Shown piece after piece: positions 27,509-32,000 of a stretch of 32,000 nt of DNA. Position 1 is the stretch's first letter. Every line of letters begins with the position of its first letter. Source of the DNA: Candidatus Nanopusillus acidilobi (GTDB lineage Archaea; Nanobdellota; Nanobdellia; Nanobdellales; Nanobdellaceae); contig CP010514.1 in NCBI GenBank assembly GCA_001552015.1, positions 120,001-152,000 of the forward strand. The letters are read 5' to 3'. The notes below the pieces were generated by a model. The model was not told the DNA's origin, ran no database searches, and worked only from the letters and a program-made list of their open reading frames with translations. A program made the position numbers and the translations under genes.

Positions 27509-28181
27509 TCAAACATCATTACACAAAACCTTGGAAAAACTACTTTTAGATGCTACTAAATTATCAATTGGTTTAGGTGATCAGGGAAGACATCTTTGGA
27601 TATTAGTAGATATAAAAGATGATAAATATGAGGGGGGAGGTTTTACTGGTAATTTCCAAAATTATATGTCTAATTGTGATCTAATTAAGTGTAAATTATA
27701 TCCGGAGAGATATAATATTGATCAAAGTATTTGTGATTCATGTTTTCAAGATATATATTACAGTAGATATAATAGCGATGATAATAGTTATATGGTTATT
27801 TTTAATATTCCTAAAAGAGGTGAGAGGGAAGAGCTAGAAGGGCTACAGGATCTAATAAGAAATATGGAAATTGAGATTATTGAATCATACTATAAAAGTT
27901 TATACTCATATCCAAATTCTTTAAAAAATTATTCAAATCCAAGATTATTAATGTATTTTGAAAGAAAGGGGCAAGATCTTGATATGATATATAAAGAAAT
28001 AAATGAAATTAATTTTGCGCAGCTTCCTACTCTGAGGGAAATTGGATCTGAAGATAAACCAATTTTTTCACTTGCTGCAATATATGGAAAGAAAGAAAAT
28101 ATATCTGATAAAGATGTTGATGTAGCTCATTTAGAATTTCCAAAGAATTTTAGATTTAGTTTAATGGTATATAAAAAATAA
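27501..28181 (+). CDS. Paralog array member 2, unknown family
   Basis: ICDSCFQDIYYSRYNSDDNSYMVIF...PRLLMYFERKGQDLDMIYKEINEI...LEFPKNFRFSLMVYKK. Confidence 0.75.
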   Translation: MSDQTSLHKTLEKLLLDATKLSIGLGDQGRHLWILVDIKDDKYEGGGFTGNFQNYMSNCDLIKCKLYPERYNIDQSICDSCFQDIYYSRYNSDDNSYMVIFNIPKRGEREELEGLQDLIRNMEIEIIESYYKSLYSYPNSLKNYSNPRLLMYFERKGQDLDMIYKEINEINFAQLPTLREIGSEDKPIFSLAAIYGKKENISDKDVDVAHLEFPKNFRFSLMVYKK

Positions 28182-28253
28182 ATTGTAAATTCTTTTAAAA
28201 TTTTAATCTTTATTATAAAAGATATTTAAATATTTCTATAATTATTATACTTT

Positions 28254-28889
28254 ATGAGTGATCAAAATATCCCTGGGAGATTAGAAGATATACTTAGGAG
28301 GGTTAGTGAATATTCATTTGAATTAGGTAAGTGGGGAAAGGTTATTTGGATAAATTTAGAAATAAAAAAGGATGATAGGGGATACTATGGAAAAGGCAGT
28401 GCTGTTAGCCCACTAAAAGTGTATGAATTTAAGTATGGAAGTAATTGTAACTCAAGCTCATGTGTTCGAGATATATATTATAGTAGATATAAAAGTTATG
28501 ATAATAATTACATGATTGCTTTTATTAAATATGTAGGAGGGGATATGGATAAAATAAAATATATGGTAAGAGATATAGAAAGTGAGGCTTATGACTTATA
28601 CAATGAAATTAGAAATTCATATTTGGATCCTTCAAGAGATCATTTAGTATCAGTATACTTTAGAAGGGATACATCGAGCTATAAGAAGATAACTAAAGAA
28701 ATTAAAAAAGGTATTATCTTTGAAAAACCTCCGGCTTTAAAGAAGATTGGATTTAAAGATCAACCAGCTTTTATACGTTCTGCTCTAGTAGAAAAGAAGA
28801 CAAATGAATATAATAATAGAGAAGAAAGTAAAAATGAGTTAGATTATCCAAATAGTTTTAAATTTAGTTATATAGTCTATGAAAAATAA
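28254..28889 (+). CDS. Paralog array member 3, unknown family
   Basis: KVYEFKYGSNCNSSSCVRDIYYSRYKSYDNNYMIAF...LVSVYFRRDTSSYKKITKEI...LDYPNSFKFSYIVYEK. Confidence 0.75.
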   Translation: MSDQNIPGRLEDILRRVSEYSFELGKWGKVIWINLEIKKDDRGYYGKGSAVSPLKVYEFKYGSNCNSSSCVRDIYYSRYKSYDNNYMIAFIKYVGGDMDKIKYMVRDIESEAYDLYNEIRNSYLDPSRDHLVSVYFRRDTSSYKKITKEIKKGIIFEKPPALKKIGFKDQPAFIRSALVEKKTNEYNNREESKNELDYPNSFKFSYIVYEK

Positions 28890-29014
28890 ATTAAGGCTTT
28901 TATAATATTTTTATTCTTTAATTATATTTCTCTATTTTTTTGAATATAATTTATGCGTCTTTTATTCATTTTATCATATTAAGAATATAAATGTTTCTAT
29001 AATTATTATAATCT

Positions 29015-29635
29015 ATGAGTGACATAAAAAATTTATTCAGAAAACTGGATGATATACTTCACGATATGGTTAAATATTCATTTACCTTAGGTAATTGGGG
29101 AAGATATACTTGGATAGAAATTTATATAGGATATAATGGATATGGTGGGAAAGGTTTTGTTGTTAAGCCATGGAAAATATATGAATTTGAGCATCAAAAG
29201 GTTTGTAATTCATGTTTTGGGGATATATATGTTAGTGAATATGATCGTATAAATAGAAGTTATAATATTTATACTAATGATTATATAAGCAAAGTGAAGG
29301 AAAATAAGAAAGAAATAGAAAATATAATAAGTAATATAGAAACTCAGGCTATGTATGTATATGATATAACTGTGGACTCATATTTAGATCTTTTAAAAAA
29401 TTATTCGAAAGTATTAATATACTTTAGAAGGGATATATTTGACTATAATAAGATAATTGAAGAAATTAAAAATAGTATTATGTTTGGACAACCTATTAAT
29501 AAAGTTGGACCTAAGGATCGACTAAGTTATAGATTTATAGCTCTAGAAGAAAAAGAAATAAGTAAATATGGTGAGGAAAGTGAATTATCTTATCCAGAGA
29601 ATTACAGATTTAGTTTTATGATATATGAAAAATAA
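29015..29635 (+). CDS. Paralog array member 4, unknown family
   Basis: KIYEFEHQKVCNSCFGDIYVSEYDRINRSYNIY...KVLIYFRRDIFDYNKIIEEI...LSYPENYRFSFMIYEK. Confidence 0.75.
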   Translation: MSDIKNLFRKLDDILHDMVKYSFTLGNWGRYTWIEIYIGYNGYGGKGFVVKPWKIYEFEHQKVCNSCFGDIYVSEYDRINRSYNIYTNDYISKVKENKKEIENIISNIETQAMYVYDITVDSYLDLLKNYSKVLIYFRRDIFDYNKIIEEIKNSIMFGQPINKVGPKDRLSYRFIALEEKEISKYGEESELSYPENYRFSFMIYEK

Positions 29636-29637
29636 AT

Positions 29638-30624
29638 TTATAAAAATTTTGTTAAATTTTCTTTAAATTCTTTTGCAGTTTCTTCAGGTATTGATGAAAT
29701 AACATATTCTAAATGACAAATTTCCATATAACCTGTATCAAATAAAGGTCTTTGTGCTATTTTAATAATTGGATATGATCTTGATTCTTTTAATAATGTT
29801 GTATCAAATATAACTAAATTAAAATTCTCATACAATTTTTCATATGTTACCAAAATATTATATAAGTTTTTAATGAATTCTTCAAATTTATTTTGAGATA
29901 AGAAAAATATGCCAAAAGTATCAATATATCCAATTAATTCATTATTTCTAAATGGAGCAAATGATGACCATAATTTAATTATTCCATCCAATATTATTCT
30001 TTCATTTAATTGTTTTTCAAAGTTAAAATAATCTTCTATAAAGAATTTTTTATATTTATCAAAATATTTGCTAGATTTGTCTAGATAAATCTTAAAATAA
30101 TTTGTTGGTTCTTTTTCAATCAATATTTGAAAATGTAAATGTTCCTGTGATGCACCTGCAGGAAATCCTTTATTTAAATTAATAAATATATATTTATAAT
30201 CTCCTTCAGGTACCCTTTCATAGAATTCTTTTATTAGCATAAATGAATTATAAAGATCTAAATAATCTATTTGAGAGAAATTCTTTACATGTTTTTTATA
30301 ATTTGGAACTAATACTGCATGATATTTTCCATATGGATATTTATTTGAAAAGAGGACAGAATTTCCATTATATATTTTCTTTGAAAAATCAAAATCTGGA
30401 GCTTCATTATCAGGATCACAAAAAGGACATTTTGATTTTTTTGAATAAATTTTTCCATAATTTCTTGGTTTATTTTTTATAGATTTATTTATTCTTACCT
30501 TGAAATTAGTTATTGGGTCGATTCTTTCTTCAATTATAAATCTTTCAAGTTCATTATTAAAAAAATTCCTTACATTATATTCCTGAGATATTAATTTTAT
30601 GTCTTCATTATATATTCTTTCCAT
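29638..30624 (-). CDS. HIT-superfamily nucleotidyltransferase, GalT-like
   Basis: CPFCDPDNEAP zinc-type motif, SVLFSNKYPYGKYHAVLVPNYKKH, GFPAGASQEHLHFQI (H-x-H-x-Q active site). Confidence 0.8.
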   Translation of the reverse strand: MERIYNEDIKLISQEYNVRNFFNNELERFIIEERIDPITNFKVRINKSIKNKPRNYGKIYSKKSKCPFCDPDNEAPDFDFSKKIYNGNSVLFSNKYPYGKYHAVLVPNYKKHVKNFSQIDYLDLYNSFMLIKEFYERVPEGDYKYIFINLNKGFPAGASQEHLHFQILIEKEPTNYFKIYLDKSSKYFDKYKKFFIEDYFNFEKQLNERIILDGIIKLWSSFAPFRNNELIGYIDTFGIFFLSQNKFEEFIKNLYNILVTYEKLYENFNLVIFDTTLLKESRSYPIIKIAQRPLFDTGYMEICHLEYVISSIPEETAKEFKENLTKFL

Positions 30625-30699
30625 TTTTAAGTTAGGGTCTTTAGTAAATAAAAATATTTAAATTTGGTTATCATTTAAATGATAACTAAAAAGAAATAT

Positions 30700-31140
30700 T
30701 TATGAATGAATTATTGGTGATTGCCTATTTTGTTGATGATAGGCATCTAATTTTTGGCATTCACCTTTTTCAGATAGATATTTCCTAAAGATACCAAGTA
30801 TTTCATCATAATCTTTTTTTATTAAATTATAATAGGCTACAGATTTATCTTTACTACTATTATTTTCATCAATTTTATATATTTCGTTTTCAATTTTATC
30901 TATTTTGTCCAATATTTCTCTTCTTTTATTTTCATCTTCTTCGTATAAAAAAACTATAGTATGCGCATATTCTGATAATGTTAAGATTGTTTGTTTTAGT
31001 TCTCTGATATTATTAACTACTTCGGTTCTCGCTTTTGTATAATTTAATATATAATTGTTAATAAGATTTTTAATTTTTTTAAAATCTATAATTTCTTCTT
31101 TATTTTTTTCTTTTATTATTATTTCATCTAAATCATCCAT
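30700..31140 (-). CDS. Hypothetical coiled-coil-like protein
   Basis: 146 aa, highly charged and Lys/Glu-rich helical; no family recognised. Confidence 0.5.
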   Translation of the reverse strand: MDDLDEIIIKEKNKEEIIDFKKIKNLINNYILNYTKARTEVVNNIRELKQTILTLSEYAHTIVFLYEEDENKRREILDKIDKIENEIYKIDENNSSKDKSVAYYNLIKKDYDEILGIFRKYLSEKGECQKLDAYHQQNRQSPIIHS

Positions 31141-31384
31141 AGTATTTTATAATTTCTTTTTTTATATTTTGGCCTTTATTTTCATATTTCTTATATAGTA
31201 CATTTGAAGAAAACAGTAATTTCATTTTAATATTTTATTTGTTAGTTTTATAAATATTTTTTAACAATTTATTACTGATGATTTGTTATCGATTAAATAT
31301 CTTTGTAGTCTTTGAAACTTTATATATTAATCTAATTTGACCAATTTAAATATCTTTTTATATTTCATGATAAATTATTATAAA

Positions 31385-31864
31385 ATGAGTGATCTGGGAA
31401 CGGCAATAGTGACAATTAGCGGTATAGCTATAGTAATAGTATTTCTTATATTGGAATGGATCATTATTACAATACCTGCTTATTTGGCTGCCAAACTTTT
31501 TGGTAGTGATGCATCATTTTCAAGGGCCATGGGTGCTGTTTTACTTTCAGAAATAGCAGCTGTCATAATAATAATATTTTTTATATTTATTTCGATTGTA
31601 TATAAAAGTTTCATATTAGGTATTTCAGGATTAATTATAGCCTTTATAGCTGTTTTAGGTGTATATAAATCTATGTTTAATGTGGGTTGGGGAGCAGCAT
31701 TTGGTATAATAATTGTATCTATTATAATAGTAATTATCTTTAATCTGATATTGTCCTTGTTTGGTATTAATATCTTTCCTTTACCTGGTGGCTCTCAATT
31801 GCAATCATTTTTATCCCCATTATTCAATCTAACCAATATTTTTCATGGCTTTAACCTAGGTTGA
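31385..31864 (+). CDS. Small multi-pass membrane protein
   Basis: The ORF track starts at 31337, but MSDLGTAIVTISGIAIVIVFLILEW at 31385 fits a TTTTTATATTT box at about -27; four or so hydrophobic segments. Confidence 0.65.
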   Translation: MSDLGTAIVTISGIAIVIVFLILEWIIITIPAYLAAKLFGSDASFSRAMGAVLLSEIAAVIIIIFFIFISIVYKSFILGISGLIIAFIAVLGVYKSMFNVGWGAAFGIIIVSIIIVIIFNLILSLFGINIFPLPGGSQLQSFLSPLFNLTNIFHGFNLG

Positions 31865-32000
31865 AACATCTTAAATGTTTTTTAATAATTTTGAGATTTT
31901 TATATGAAGACTATTAGAAAATTAAAAAAATTTTATTTAAAGTAAATATATTTATATTATAGCATTAACAAATTTTAAAAATAATAAAATTATTATTCCT

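Noticed and set aside
26171-29635. Calling the paralog array a toxin-antitoxin or defence system outright
   Set aside because: No recognised toxin, nuclease or immunity domain in the four proteins; adjacency to a weak RelE-like ORF is not enough.
31255-31310. C/D-box-like RNA suggested by ACTGATGATTTG
   Set aside because: A TGATGA is present, but I could not place a paired D box or guide layout; probably chance in AT-rich spacer.
1-32000. CRISPR array
   Set aside because: I saw no regularly spaced direct repeats; the repeated segments are protein-coding (beta-helix, DUF4013-like pair) or promoter blocks.
1-32000. Integrated element at the tRNA (24014-24086)
   Set aside because: No integrase, and no partial tRNA copy (attachment-site repeat) was seen elsewhere in the window.

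Overview
This window is an AT-rich, densely packed archaeal chromosome segment. Archaeal markers include a histone, type II methionine aminopeptidase, exosome Rrp42, RNA polymerase subunit K, archaeal AsnRS, GAPOR and an S-layer-like protein. The split Lhr helicase, very short intergenic gaps and apparently leaderless promoters are compatible with a Nanoarchaeota/DPANN-like genome, but that assignment is inference. Most genes are housekeeping. The accessory or unusual content is: (1) a tandem array of four divergent paralogs of unknown function (26677-29635), each starting ATGAGTGA behind a conserved ~30-nt promoter block; (2) an overlapping gene pair (5865-7363) whose second product carries a PD-(D/E)XK-like nuclease signature; (3) a free-standing C-terminal half of Lhr; (4) a GAPOR-type tungsten oxidoreductase; (5) the 3' end of a large beta-helix surface protein open at the window edge; (6) a tRNA gene that starts at the nucleotide directly after an upstream stop codon and has odd bases at positions 37 and 73; (7) two single-cysteine peroxiredoxins near an Fe/Mn SOD; and (8) two unannotated micro-ORFs. 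I see no CRISPR array, rRNA or transposase. No database search was run, so all family calls are from motif recognition by eye.
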